64,000 nt of DNA from an uncultured Chloroflexia bacterium (GCA_963765765.1 CAVXYC010000023.1:96001-160000); one strand, 5' to 3'; counted from the first letter of the stretch, positions 35,328 through 44,650 are shown. Notes: generated from the letters alone by a model not told the origin. A program made the numbers and translations.

Positions 35328-36143
35328 TTAAGGAATGACGGGATCAGGCAAACGTGCCGTGAGCAGCACGTAGCTCAGAATCCCCTGATCGACGGCCTGC
35401 GCCGCGACGCGGGCGAGCGCTGAGGCCTCGTCGAGGTCGACACGGTCGAGCCCGATGCCATGAACCTTCGTCAGTAACTCGCCGCCGGTCAGGCGCAGGC
35501 GAATTTGGCGCACCATCGCAACGAGCGCGGCTCGGTGATCTTCTGTGCGATCGATGGCGAAGCCAGCCTGCTCCAGTTGGCGTACGTATTGCTCCAGCGG
35601 CTGAGCATCGGCAATGCAGCTTACCCAGGCATGGAGCGTCAGGAGCTCAGCGGGCAGAGCTCTCGTTCGGACGAGGTCGCTCAAGCCCAGCCGGCCGCCG
35701 GGGCGGAGGACGCGCGCAAACTCGTTGGCCGCCGTGGGTTTGTCTGGAAACGTGCAGAAGGCGCACTCGCAAATAACGACATCGAACGAGTTGTCGGGGA
35801 ATTGAAGCCGCTCGGCGTCGCCTTGATGGAAATGCACCCGTGCGTCAAGGCCCGCCTCCCTGGCCGTCGTGTCAGCCAGGGCCACGTTCTCAGCCCCGAA
35901 GTCCACGCCGGTCACAGAGCATCCCACCGTCCGGGCGAGGTGGATCGCCGACTCGCCCCGTCCGGAGGCAACATCCAGAACGCGATCCCGCGGAGATAGC
36001 AGGATCAACTCTGCCAGCCGCTCGGTGAGCATCGTCCCACCTGGATGGAACGAGCCAGCCAGGAGCCAGCGCGCCCAATCGCCCTGGTACGCCGCCGCGC
36101 AGCAGGCCTTGAGAATGTCGGGCGAGGGCAACGCTTCAGACAT
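35328..36143 (-). CDS. Class I SAM-dependent methyltransferase with N-terminal CC motif (ArsM-like fold)
   Basis: KACCAAAY, FHPGG, motif I VLDVASGRG, GDAERL, FDVVICECAFC and RVLRPGG. Confidence 0.85.
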   Translation of the reverse strand: MSEALPSPDILKACCAAAYQGDWARWLLAGSFHPGGTMLTERLAELILLSPRDRVLDVASGRGESAIHLARTVGCSVTGVDFGAENVALADTTAREAGLDARVHFHQGDAERLQFPDNSFDVVICECAFCTFPDKPTAANEFARVLRPGGRLGLSDLVRTRALPAELLTLHAWVSCIADAQPLEQYVRQLEQAGFAIDRTEDHRAALVAMVRQIRLRLTGGELLTKVHGIGLDRVDLDEASALARVAAQAVDQGILSYVLLTARLPDPVIP

Positions 36144-37644
36144 CGAGACGCGCAGCCGTCACGGCAGGATCGAACGAAAAGCTCAAGGGGATCACGCGTG
36201 CGGTGCGGCCTTCATGTTCAGCTTGCTGTCGCTCCCGCTGACGCCAGGCAAGCTGCGCCCGGGCCTGCTCGCGATAGCCCACGCTGTTGTACGCGCAGAA
36301 CGGGATCTGCTTCCCATCCGGCAGGAGCATCGCCTTGCAGCACTTCATGAGGTTCTTCTGATTGAACGTCCATGGGTCCATGAAGTCCTGGAACATAATC
36401 ATGAACACGCGCTCGGCAAGCGATCCGAGGCTAAGACCATCGGGAAGATCGCAGGCCGCGCAGGAGATCGCAAAGTTGCTCGCCGCGGTGTCCGAGCCGG
36501 GTACAGATGAGCTCGACCACAGCCCCTCCAGCGCGCCCTGGATATCCGCGCCAAGATCGGGCAGGACCCGGTTGGTGATGTAATCCAGGTAGTCCTCCAC
36601 GTTGATCAGCCGAGGCAGCGGCATGATCCTCTCGCCGTCCACATACGCGTAGGTGACGGCGTTGCACGTGGGGAAGCAACAGGGGACAGGAACGAAGTCC
36701 GAGGCGACAAAAAGTTGCTCTGTCTGAGATTCCAGCGCGCCGATGATATCTGGAATCGTCACTCGTTTCAGTGGGTCGTGCGCGCCATGACGGCCAGCGT
36801 GGAACGCGGGTTGAAAATTGACGCCACGGACGGCCGGATGTTCTAGCCCGAAGCGAACGATGCGCCCGACCTCATGCAGGTTCACGTCCCGCTCGATCGC
36901 CGGCACCAGGATGACCTGACAGCCGATCGAGGCGAGTCGGTCAAGCGCCCGCAGCTTCTCATCCAGGAGGTCCGGCTCACCTCGGATGATTTGATATGTC
37001 TCCAATGCAAAACCATCAAATTGAAAATAGATGGACGGCTGCACGGCCGCGAGCTCGGCGAGAAACGCGTCATCACGGGCAATGCGCTTCCCGTTGGTGT
37101 TGAGCATGACATGCGGGATCTGGCGCTCCTGTGCCGCCCGGAGCATCGGAATGATTTGAGGATGGATACTCGGCTCGCCACCTGAGAACTGGACGACTTC
37201 CGGCCGGCCTTCGGTCGCCACGAAATTGTCCAGGATCGCTTCCACGTCATCGAGTGTCAGGCTGAAGCCTACCCCTGCGTTGGCAAAGCACAATGGACAG
37301 TCCATGTTGCAGGCGCTGTTGACCTCGATGATTCCCAGGCAAACGTGCTGCTGGTGGTCCGGACAGAGCCCGCAATCATGCGGGCAGCCGCGGTCAACCT
37401 GACTGCCAAACGCAAGCGGGAACGTGCCTGGCTTGTTGAACCGCGCCAGTCGCACATAAGCTTCGGCGTCTCCGTAGATCAGCGCCTCTACCCGGCCGTG
37501 ATCAGGGCAGCGCTTGCGCATGATGACCTGATTGTCGCGCAGGAGCACCTGAGCGTCGATCGGTCGCCGACATTCGGGACAAATACTGCGGGTGAGCTCA
37601 TGGAACACGTAATCCGCGTTCCGTGGCGAATCAATCACGAACAT
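36136..37644 (-). CDS. Radical SAM protein, Tes/MJ0619 (COG1964)-like family
   Basis: N-terminal CPEC...KRCPDHG, CPHDCGLC, radical SAM CNMDCPLC, FSGGEPSIHP, IYFQFDG and C-terminal CC...IPFCAYN. Confidence 0.8.
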   Translation of the reverse strand: MFVIDSPRNADYVFHELTRSICPECRRPIDAQVLLRDNQVIMRKRCPDHGRVEALIYGDAEAYVRLARFNKPGTFPLAFGSQVDRGCPHDCGLCPDHQQHVCLGIIEVNSACNMDCPLCFANAGVGFSLTLDDVEAILDNFVATEGRPEVVQFSGGEPSIHPQIIPMLRAAQERQIPHVMLNTNGKRIARDDAFLAELAAVQPSIYFQFDGFALETYQIIRGEPDLLDEKLRALDRLASIGCQVILVPAIERDVNLHEVGRIVRFGLEHPAVRGVNFQPAFHAGRHGAHDPLKRVTIPDIIGALESQTEQLFVASDFVPVPCCFPTCNAVTYAYVDGERIMPLPRLINVEDYLDYITNRVLPDLGADIQGALEGLWSSSSVPGSDTAASNFAISCAACDLPDGLSLGSLAERVFMIMFQDFMDPWTFNQKNLMKCCKAMLLPDGKQIPFCAYNSVGYREQARAQLAWRQRERQQAEHEGRTARVIPLSFSFDPAVTAARLDV

Positions 37645-38198
37645 GCTCCTGTTCTCGGCGGTGAGCGGCTGCCGCCGCCCGAACGGCGTCCACTATCGCA
37701 GAAGGACTGGGGCGGTCCGCGGGCTCCCTGCTGCGGTGGGCGAAGACGATTCGGCCAGCATTATCCAGGACAAAATCGCCGCCAAGCTGGGTAATGTCGG
37801 TTCGGGGCAAACGGAGGGATCGGCCACGCCAAATTCCTCGGACGTACACCATGAGACTCCGCCAGTTCCAGAGTTCGCCGAAGCCGCCCCGCTCCAAGGC
37901 CGAAAGCCCCGTATGCGCGCCGGGTCGGATCACGCAGAAGAGGAAATGGGACATGCTCTCGGTCCGCAAAAAGGGCAGCGCGCTCAGGTGATTCGAACGA
38001 GATAGCCATTACTCTAGCTCCAAGCTCCTCTAGCTCGGTTTGATGATCGCGCAACCGCGCGAGATGCTCTCGGCACGGTATTCAACCCAGCCACCGCAGA
38101 AACACCAGAACCAGCGGTCGCCCGCGCAGCTCAGACAGATGAACCTCGCGTTCATCACGATCCATCAGTACTACGTCGTGAGCGCGCTCACCGATCAC
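37631..38198 (-). CDS. Peroxiredoxin-like/SelL-related selenoprotein (U-I-P-C); frameshift near 37900
   Basis: From GTG 38198: ...VHLSELRGRPLVLVFLRWLG-TGA(38082-38084)-IPCREHLARLR, in frame with ORF 37761..38054; the C-terminal QLGGDFVLD..GRIVFAHRS..PADRP is in ORF 37631..37969. Confidence 0.85.
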
Positions 38199-38208
38199 TC
38201 GACGGGCC

Positions 38209-39567
38209 TCACCGGTGCCGCGCCATGAATCGCACAGTCGCACCTCTCCACCCCTGAGTGAGTGCTTTCAGGGTCACGTCGGCGCTGAGCTGCTGAAGAC
38301 CAAAGCTCAATGTTGGGTAGGCATGCATGGTGCCCGCAAGGTCAGCCACCGAGGACCCAAGCCGCAGAGCAACGGCGAGCTCGTTGATCATCTCGCTCAC
38401 ACCACGGCCCACGAGTGTGGCGCCGATGAGCCGGCCGTTCGCTCGGCAGATGAGCTTAATGAAGCCGCGCGTACTGCCCAGCGTCTGTGCGCGGTCCACG
38501 CGGTCCAGCGGTAGGGTATGCACCCTCGTGTCGGCGTTCCTCGCGCGGCAGGCGATCTCGCTCAGGCCGATATGCGCGACCTCGGGGTCTGTGAAGACGA
38601 CCCAGGGAAGCGCCGATCCCGTGCCTGGCAACGCCCCGGGGAGAAGCGCGTTCCGCGCCGCGACGAATCCCTGCCAACCAGCCAAGTGCGTGAATTGCGA
38701 CGCCCCGGTAACGTCTCCCGCGGCGTACACGTGCCGCTGCGATGTGCGTAGATTGCGGTCAAGTTTCAGCCGACCCGCACGGATCGTGATGCCCGCGCGC
38801 TCCAGACCAAGCTGCCGCAATCTTGGGTGCCGACCAGTAGCCACCAGCAATCCGTCGCCCGTGACCGTTCGATCGCCGAGGCTGACTGTGATCTCCGCGC
38901 CATGTGACCGGATGCGGGTGACGGCGTGCTTCAAGAGCAGCGTCACGCCATCGTCCACGAGTGCTCGAGCGAGCGTCTCGCTGGCGGCCGGATCCGCCAC
39001 GGTCAGGACACGATCGGCATGGTCAATGATGGTGACGCGCGCGCCCAGGCGAGCAAATGCTTGGCCCAGCTCAAGACCAACCGGCCCAGCCCCCAGGACG
39101 ATGAGTCTGTCCGGTGTCTGGGTGACGTTGAAGATGTCACGGTACGTCCAGTGCGGCGTGTCTGCCAGGCCCTCGATCGGTGGCTCAGCGGGGCAGGCGC
39201 CAGTGGCAAGGATGATGCGGCGCGCGGAATGAGCCACTTGGCCCACGCACACCGTGTGCGGTCCTTGCATCTCCCCGCGACCAGTGAGGACTTCCACACC
39301 GAGTCGGCTGAGCTGCGCGGAAGACTCTTGCTGACCGACAACTCGAGCGACTTCCTGAACTCGAGCCTGGATAGGTCCGAGATCGGCTAGTCCTGGCCGA
39401 TGGGCTTGAACGTGCGTGTTGGCCAATTCAATCAGCGTCTTGCTCGGGACGCAGCCATACCAGGTGCAGTCGCCGCCCAGGCGCTCCTCCTCGACAATGC
39501 CGACACGCAGGCCAAGCCGACCCGCGAAGTTGGCCGCAGTCAACCCAGCGGACCCGCCGCCGAGCAC
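38209..39567 (-). CDS. FAD-dependent pyridine nucleotide-disulfide oxidoreductase (LpdA/MerA-like, class I)
   Basis: GGGSAG, redox motif GGDCTWYGCVPSK, GAGPVGLE, YAAGDV and HAYPT; the frame stays open (TDFDLL) to about 39595. Confidence 0.9.
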   Translation of the reverse strand: MLGGGSAGLTAANFAGRLGLRVGIVEEERLGGDCTWYGCVPSKTLIELANTHVQAHRPGLADLGPIQARVQEVARVVGQQESSAQLSRLGVEVLTGRGEMQGPHTVCVGQVAHSARRIILATGACPAEPPIEGLADTPHWTYRDIFNVTQTPDRLIVLGAGPVGLELGQAFARLGARVTIIDHADRVLTVADPAASETLARALVDDGVTLLLKHAVTRIRSHGAEITVSLGDRTVTGDGLLVATGRHPRLRQLGLERAGITIRAGRLKLDRNLRTSQRHVYAAGDVTGASQFTHLAGWQGFVAARNALLPGALPGTGSALPWVVFTDPEVAHIGLSEIACRARNADTRVHTLPLDRVDRAQTLGSTRGFIKLICRANGRLIGATLVGRGVSEMINELAVALRLGSSVADLAGTMHAYPTLSFGLQQLSADVTLKALTQGWRGATVRFMARHR

Positions 39568-39770
39568 AAGGAGATCAAAATCTGTCGTTTGCTCCGCCTA
39601 ATGGACGACGTTAGAACTTATTATGCAAGCTCTTTACGACAGAATATGATTTAAAGTTGCTATCCTTCTACTTCAACTAAAAATCCACCGTAAGCCATCC
39701 GTTTCATCGCGCCTGCTCAGCGAGGCTGGTGGCTCGCTCACAACCCAGACAGTAGGCGGAGACGAAGATG

Positions 39771-40730
39771 TCAAGCGTGGGGGCCATACGATTCCACGCG
39801 GGCGTCACCCCGAGAGCGCGCCGGCTCTCCAGTGCGCGAGCCTGTCCGCGTGGCCACACCTGGAGACCTAGCTGTCGTGGGTGAACGGCGGAACCAGCGA
39901 AGGGCGATAACAGTGCCCGCCAGGCCGAAGCCGGCGAGGATCAGCCAGGCCACCGGAGCGAGGTTCGGGCCTTGCTCTGCGATCCATGCCTGGGCATGGA
40001 AGCCGGCGTCATCGAATCCAGCAGAGGCGTAGACGCCGCTGAGTGCTGAAGCGCCTTGGAGGTGGATGAAGCTCGCCCCGAGCAGTATGAGCAGCGTGCC
40101 TGCCAGAAGGCTCGTTGTGTGCGTGTGGAGTGGTCCGATGGGCAGGGTCCGACCGCGGAGCCAGACGCGTCGTCCGAGCTGGAATCGATCCCACAGCCAG
40201 GCAATGACGAACAGCGGCGCCGCCGTCCCAAGCGAATACGTGAAGAGCAGGGCGGCTCCTGCAAGCGGGTTGGCGGTTGACCCGGCAATGGTGAGCACGG
40301 CCCCCAGAAGCGGTCCCGCGCAGAAGCCCGAGACGCCGTATACCAGGCCGGTGAGGTACACGGAGAGCATGCCGCGACCGGTCTGAACTCGTCCGGCTAG
40401 TTGCTGCGGAATGATGGTGAAACCTGTGCCCGTGATCTCGAGCACGCCGAAGCCGATTAACAGCAGGCCAGCGGCGAGGATCGTTTGGTCGCGATAGTCG
40501 AGCAGCAGCGCGGCCACGAGCGACGCGCCGAGCCCGAGGGGAATGAAGATCGTGCAGAGTCCGGCGAGGAAGAGCATCGTCCGGCCGAGGAGCTCTGACT
40601 TGCTTGTGAACGCATAGGCAAAGAACGCTGGTAAGAGGAGCGCGCTGCACGGGGCGAGCAAGGAGAGGACTCCGCCAGCGAATGCCGCGACGAACGCCGC
40701 CTCAAGCATGCCGTGGCCGAATTCGATCAT
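39771..40730 (-). CDS. CcdA/DsbD-beta transmembrane electron transporter
   Basis: AFAGGVLSLLAPCSALLLPAF and second Cys in GFCAGPLLGAVL. Confidence 0.85.
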   Translation of the reverse strand: MIEFGHGMLEAAFVAAFAGGVLSLLAPCSALLLPAFFAYAFTSKSELLGRTMLFLAGLCTIFIPLGLGASLVAALLLDYRDQTILAAGLLLIGFGVLEITGTGFTIIPQQLAGRVQTGRGMLSVYLTGLVYGVSGFCAGPLLGAVLTIAGSTANPLAGAALLFTYSLGTAAPLFVIAWLWDRFQLGRRVWLRGRTLPIGPLHTHTTSLLAGTLLILLGASFIHLQGASALSGVYASAGFDDAGFHAQAWIAEQGPNLAPVAWLILAGFGLAGTVIALRWFRRSPTTARSPGVATRTGSRTGEPARSRGDARVESYGPHA

Positions 40731-40809
40731 GACCGTGACCTCAGACGGACCTCAACCCGCACGCCCGAGCCACCGTGAGGCGCGTGCCGATGCACGGCGA
40801 ACGCGTCCA

Positions 40810-41633
40810 CTATCGACTGCCTCGGGCGAGCTCGGCCTCGATGGCCTGCATGAATGAGCTCGCACTGAGCGCGCCGACGAGACGCTGACCGTTGAGAAGA
40901 AACGACGGTGTGGCGCTGATGCCGTGGACGCGGGCCGTTGCCAGGTCCTGCTGGATAGCCGAAAGATCGGCGCTAGCCTCCAGGCAGGTCGCGAACGCGA
41001 CCGGCTCGAGTCCTATGGCTGCCGCGAACGACTTGAAATTCGTTGCGCTGAACTGACCGCCGTTCTCGCCGCGCTGGTTCTGGAAGAGATAATCGTGATA
41101 CGGCCAGAACTGCTCCTGCTGACCGGCGCAGCGCGCCGCCTGGGCCGCCTGCCGGGACTCCTGGCCAATCCAGGCGAAGTCATGCCATACGATACGCAGT
41201 TTCCGGTATCGACGTAGGCTGCGATGAGCTGTGGGGCCACCTCACGGGTGAACCGGCCGCAGCCCGTTCACTGGAAGTCGGCGTACTCGTCGAGCACGAT
41301 CGCCGAGGCCGCGGATCCCAGAAAGTAAGGCCCGGGATATACGCCACTGGCCAGCGTGGGCCCCGACAAGCCGGACGCCAGCGGAGACGGCAGGGCCGAT
41401 ACTGTGGGACCAGGTTTGGACGCCACCGGCGTGGTGGGCGCCGCGGTGGGCTCGGTTGCCCGCGCGGTCGGTGACGGAACCGAGACGGTCGCTGTTGGTG
41501 ACGGCGCGCCGGCAGGCGCGCAGGCGGCAGCCATGATGACGATCGCCAGCGCCGACAGCCACGTCGCGGGCGAGGGGCGCGCGCAGACTGTCCAGAGCCG
41601 TCGCTGACAGATTGAAGCACGAACCTGAGACAC
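40810..41633 (-). CDS. Lipoprotein DsbA-like selenoprotein (U-T-G-C); frameshift near 41200
   Basis: Lipobox MAAAC, Pro/Thr linker, LGSAASAIVLDEYADFQ-TGA(41268-41270)-TGCGRFTREVAPQL; the other frame continues WHDFAWIGQES...GISATPSFLLNG to TAG 40810. Confidence 0.85.
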
Positions 41634-41743
41634 TAAATAAAGCTCCTGCTGACGTAGTCACTGAACGCCGCCCGAGGCCATTCTAGTCGGGACGCACGGG
41701 CACATTGCTAACGAGGGTTACAAGGCACAGGACGTCGCATGTG

Positions 41744-42433
41744 TCAGCCCTCCGTTCCGACATCGTCGGGCACCAGTCCGCGGCGTACGGCAAAGATCGC
41801 GGCCTGCGTTCGATCCCGCAGACCTGTCTTGGCAAGGATCACTGAGATGTAATTCCGAACCGTGCCCTCGGAGATCATGAGATGGGCGGCGATCTCTCGA
41901 TTGCTGGCGCCACGTCCTAGGAGCGCTAGGACTTCGAGCTCACGGGGGGTGAGTGATTCGCCGCTACCGAGGGCAAGAGGCTCAGTGGTCGCAACGCGGC
42001 CGGCGTGGCGCGCTCGCAGATGGTGCAGGAGCTTCCGCGCGACGGTGGGCTGCAGTGGTGACTCGCCCCGGGCGACCGTCCGGATCGCCTCGGCCAAAGC
42101 GTCCGATCCGATATCTTTGAGAAGGTAGCCGGCAGCCCCTGCTTCAATGGCCTGGAGAACGAGCTCGTCATCGTCAAACGTCGTCAGGACGAGAATCTGC
42201 GCTGACCCTCGGTGGCCGAGGACTGCCTTGGTTGCTGCGATGCCGTCGCGTCGGGGCATGCGCAGGTCCATGAGCACGATGTCCGGTTCATGGTCCCGCA
42301 CCACCCGCTCCGCCTCCAGACCATCCGCCGCCTCGCCGATGACATCGATGTCGGCGTGCAGCTCCAGAAGAGTCCGCAGCCCTTCCCGCATCAGGCTCTG
42401 ATCATCCACGATGACGACGCGAATCGGCTTCAT
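41744..42433 (-). CDS. NarL/LuxR-family response regulator
   Basis: IVDDQ, VLMDLRMP, LTTFDDD and HTH LTPRELEVL...SNREIA. Confidence 0.95.
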   Translation of the reverse strand: MKPIRVVIVDDQSLMREGLRTLLELHADIDVIGEAADGLEAERVVRDHEPDIVLMDLRMPRRDGIAATKAVLGHRGSAQILVLTTFDDDELVLQAIEAGAAGYLLKDIGSDALAEAIRTVARGESPLQPTVARKLLHHLRARHAGRVATTEPLALGSGESLTPRELEVLALLGRGASNREIAAHLMISEGTVRNYISVILAKTGLRDRTQAAIFAVRRGLVPDDVGTEG

Positions 42434-42454
42434 CCGGCGTGCATGCGCCGTTCG

Positions 42455-43594
42455 TCAGGCTGCCGCACGTGCCGCGCTCCCAATTGGAATCTCGGCCCGG
42501 AGTTCCCCACCGCCTCCGTCCGCCGTACCAAAGCTTAGTTGGCCGCCGCAAAGCTCAACGCGTTCACGCAACCCGGTAAGTCCGAAGCCTTGCCTAGGTC
42601 CGGAGCCGGCCATCGTCGGCCCTGGCCCATCGTCGCGCACATACACGGAGACCAATGTGCTAGAGCCCTCGAGAGCCACGACCACCTGGCGAACATGAGT
42701 GGCATGCTTCTGCACATTCGTGAGCCCTTCCTGGGCAACTCGATAGAGCGCCTGGGCAACGTCGGACGGAACGTGTTGATCCGGTGGGAGTGAAATCCGC
42801 AGCTCCACCTCGATCGTCGTCGCATCCGAGAAGTCTCTGGTGAGCTTCTCTAGCGCGTGAGCCAGGCTTAGCTCCTCGAGGGTCGCTGCTCTTAGAGCGC
42901 CAACGGATCGACGCACGTCCTGGAGCGAGTCTAGTGTGAGACGGCGCGCCAGGCGCACCGCGGCCAGAGCCCGCTCCTGCTGGGTGGCCGCGAGCTTTTC
43001 GGCCGCCTCGAGCTGCACATTGATGACGGTTAGATAGTGGGCCAGTGAGTCGTGAATCTCACGTGCCATGCGGTTCCGCTCTTGTGCAACCGCGGCCAAG
43101 CGGGCGCGCTCGCTAAGGTCCTGAAGTTGTTGGTGCGCCTTGGACAGTTCGTCGTAAAGCGCCTGTAGGCGGTGCCGGCTGGACGCCTGTCGCAGGACGG
43201 CGAGCGTCAGCACGATCGTGAGCAGATAAAGCGGCAGGACGAAGGAGACGTAACCCGGCAGCTCCGCCAGGCGGTCGGGCCAGGCATACTGCAGCAGGTT
43301 CACGCCGTAAGCCGCCCATACCAGCAGGCTCAGGAGCACGCCGGGCCGCTCCTCGAAGAGCAGCAGCGCTCGACTGGCCGGGACGAGGTAAATCAACGTC
43401 GGCCGAATAAGGGTCCCGTGCGCGCGCACAATCAGGTACCCGATTACGAGCTCCAGCAACAGGCAGCCGATACGCTTCCAATAGGGCGCCTCGGTGCCTG
43501 GCGCTCGGAGCTCGACCAGCGCCATCAACCCCGCCAGGGACGTAAACGTGACGACATACTCTGGTGTCAGGCCGTCCCGCGGTGGTGACAGCAT
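42455..43594 (-). CDS. HisKA_3 membrane sensor histidine kinase (N-terminus probably extends to about 43670)
   Basis: ERNRMAREIHDSLAH, QEGLTNVQKHA, DDGPG and GFGLTGLRERV. Confidence 0.9.
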   Translation of the reverse strand: MLSPPRDGLTPEYVVTFTSLAGLMALVELRAPGTEAPYWKRIGCLLLELVIGYLIVRAHGTLIRPTLIYLVPASRALLLFEERPGVLLSLLVWAAYGVNLLQYAWPDRLAELPGYVSFVLPLYLLTIVLTLAVLRQASSRHRLQALYDELSKAHQQLQDLSERARLAAVAQERNRMAREIHDSLAHYLTVINVQLEAAEKLAATQQERALAAVRLARRLTLDSLQDVRRSVGALRAATLEELSLAHALEKLTRDFSDATTIEVELRISLPPDQHVPSDVAQALYRVAQEGLTNVQKHATHVRQVVVALEGSSTLVSVYVRDDGPGPTMAGSGPRQGFGLTGLRERVELCGGQLSFGTADGGGGELRAEIPIGSAARAAA

Positions 43595-43664
43595 GCCCAG
43601 GACCCAGACCCCCAGTGGGAGCGCGAGGCCGGCCAGGCGCAGGAGGCGAATATCTTCCGTTGAG

Positions 43665-44545
43665 CTACTCCACGATCAAGCGTGCCTTCATATTCTGGTG
43701 GAGCGTGCAAAGGTATTCAAATGTGCCCGGCTCCGAGAACGTTACGCTGAACGTCGAGCCTGGGCCCATGCGGCCGGAATCAAAGCCCTTGTCAGTCCCT
43801 GTCACCGTGTGCGCCAGCGGGTCATCGTTCGTCCATGTTACCGTGGACCCCACCCGGACCGCGGCGGTCGCGGGGAGAAACGAGTAGCTCTGAATCCCCA
43901 GGCGCCCGAGCGCTGCTGCCCCGAGCGTGTCGGTTGGCACCGCGCCGCTCGCCCCACTGAAGTAGAGGTTGGCGCGCATCACCCAGTCCCGGGTCGCGCC
44001 AGCGTCCTGATGGCAGAGCGCGCACGCGTGGCTGTCCTGAGGTGGCGTGGCATATGTGCGATCGGGCCGGAAGGCCACCCACTCCCACTCACCCGCGCGC
44101 GCGACCTGGTAGGCCTCTCCAAAACCGGGCTCCTTGCGCTCTACAAATATTCCCGTGAGCTGCTCCTTCTGGAAGCGACGTCGACATCGAGCTCCGGGTT
44201 GCCGTTCGCATCGAGCTTGGCGCGCCACGTCTCCATGACCATGATTGAGCCATAGGGAAATACCTGATTGGGTGGCGCGGAAGGATTTCCCGCCGCGGCC
44301 TCCGCGTTGCCGTAAATTACCCGGACCTGGCGATTGTCCGGTCGATCGAAGACGTAGAGTTGGGGCCATTGTTCATAGCCCTCGGGGAAACCCACGCGGT
44401 CCTCGCTTGGTGCTGGTTTGGGCTGTGCGGCGGTCTGGGCGTGGGCGTCCGATGGTGTCGAATTGAGCCGGGCCAGCTCGATTGGAACGAGTACGACGCT
44501 TGCGAGGACGGAGATCAGCGTGATCCTGAGCACGGAGACGTTCAT
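43665..44545 (-). CDS. Secreted cytochrome P460/c'-beta family domain fused to a cupredoxin (frameshift near 44180)
   Basis: Signal peptide; FPEGYEQW, FPYGSIMVME, GEWEW, CALCH heme motif and DWVM; then WTNDDPLAHTVT and YLCTLHQNM type-1 Cu ligands. Confidence 0.8.
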
Positions 44546-44636
44546 ATCGCAGGTCCTCTTCTCAGTACTGCCGCCAGAGTAGACCTGTGAGGCGGCTGCT
44601 TCCAGTGGCCCGCGTCATGTTTCAAGTGAAGATTCT

Positions 44637-44650
44637 GTGACATTTGTCAT
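44637..44650. promoter_or_regulatory. Palindromic operator, candidate NarL-type regulator site
   Basis: GTGACATTTGTCAT (TGACA-N2-TGTCA) about 90 bp upstream of the cytochrome-HK-RR unit. Confidence 0.5.

Noticed and set aside
35328-36143. Firm arsM assignment
   Set aside because: Fold and Cys content are suggestive, but I cannot verify the ArsM catalytic Cys spacing, and no ars genes are adjacent.
36136-37644. Firm call as tetraether/membrane-spanning lipid synthase
   Set aside because: Family motifs match, but many bacterial homologs have unknown function; this needs phylogeny and lipid data.
38209-39567. Mercuric reductase MerA
   Set aside because: No C-terminal Cys-Cys pair, no NmerA domain and no merR/T/P nearby; kept as a generic class I disulfide reductase.
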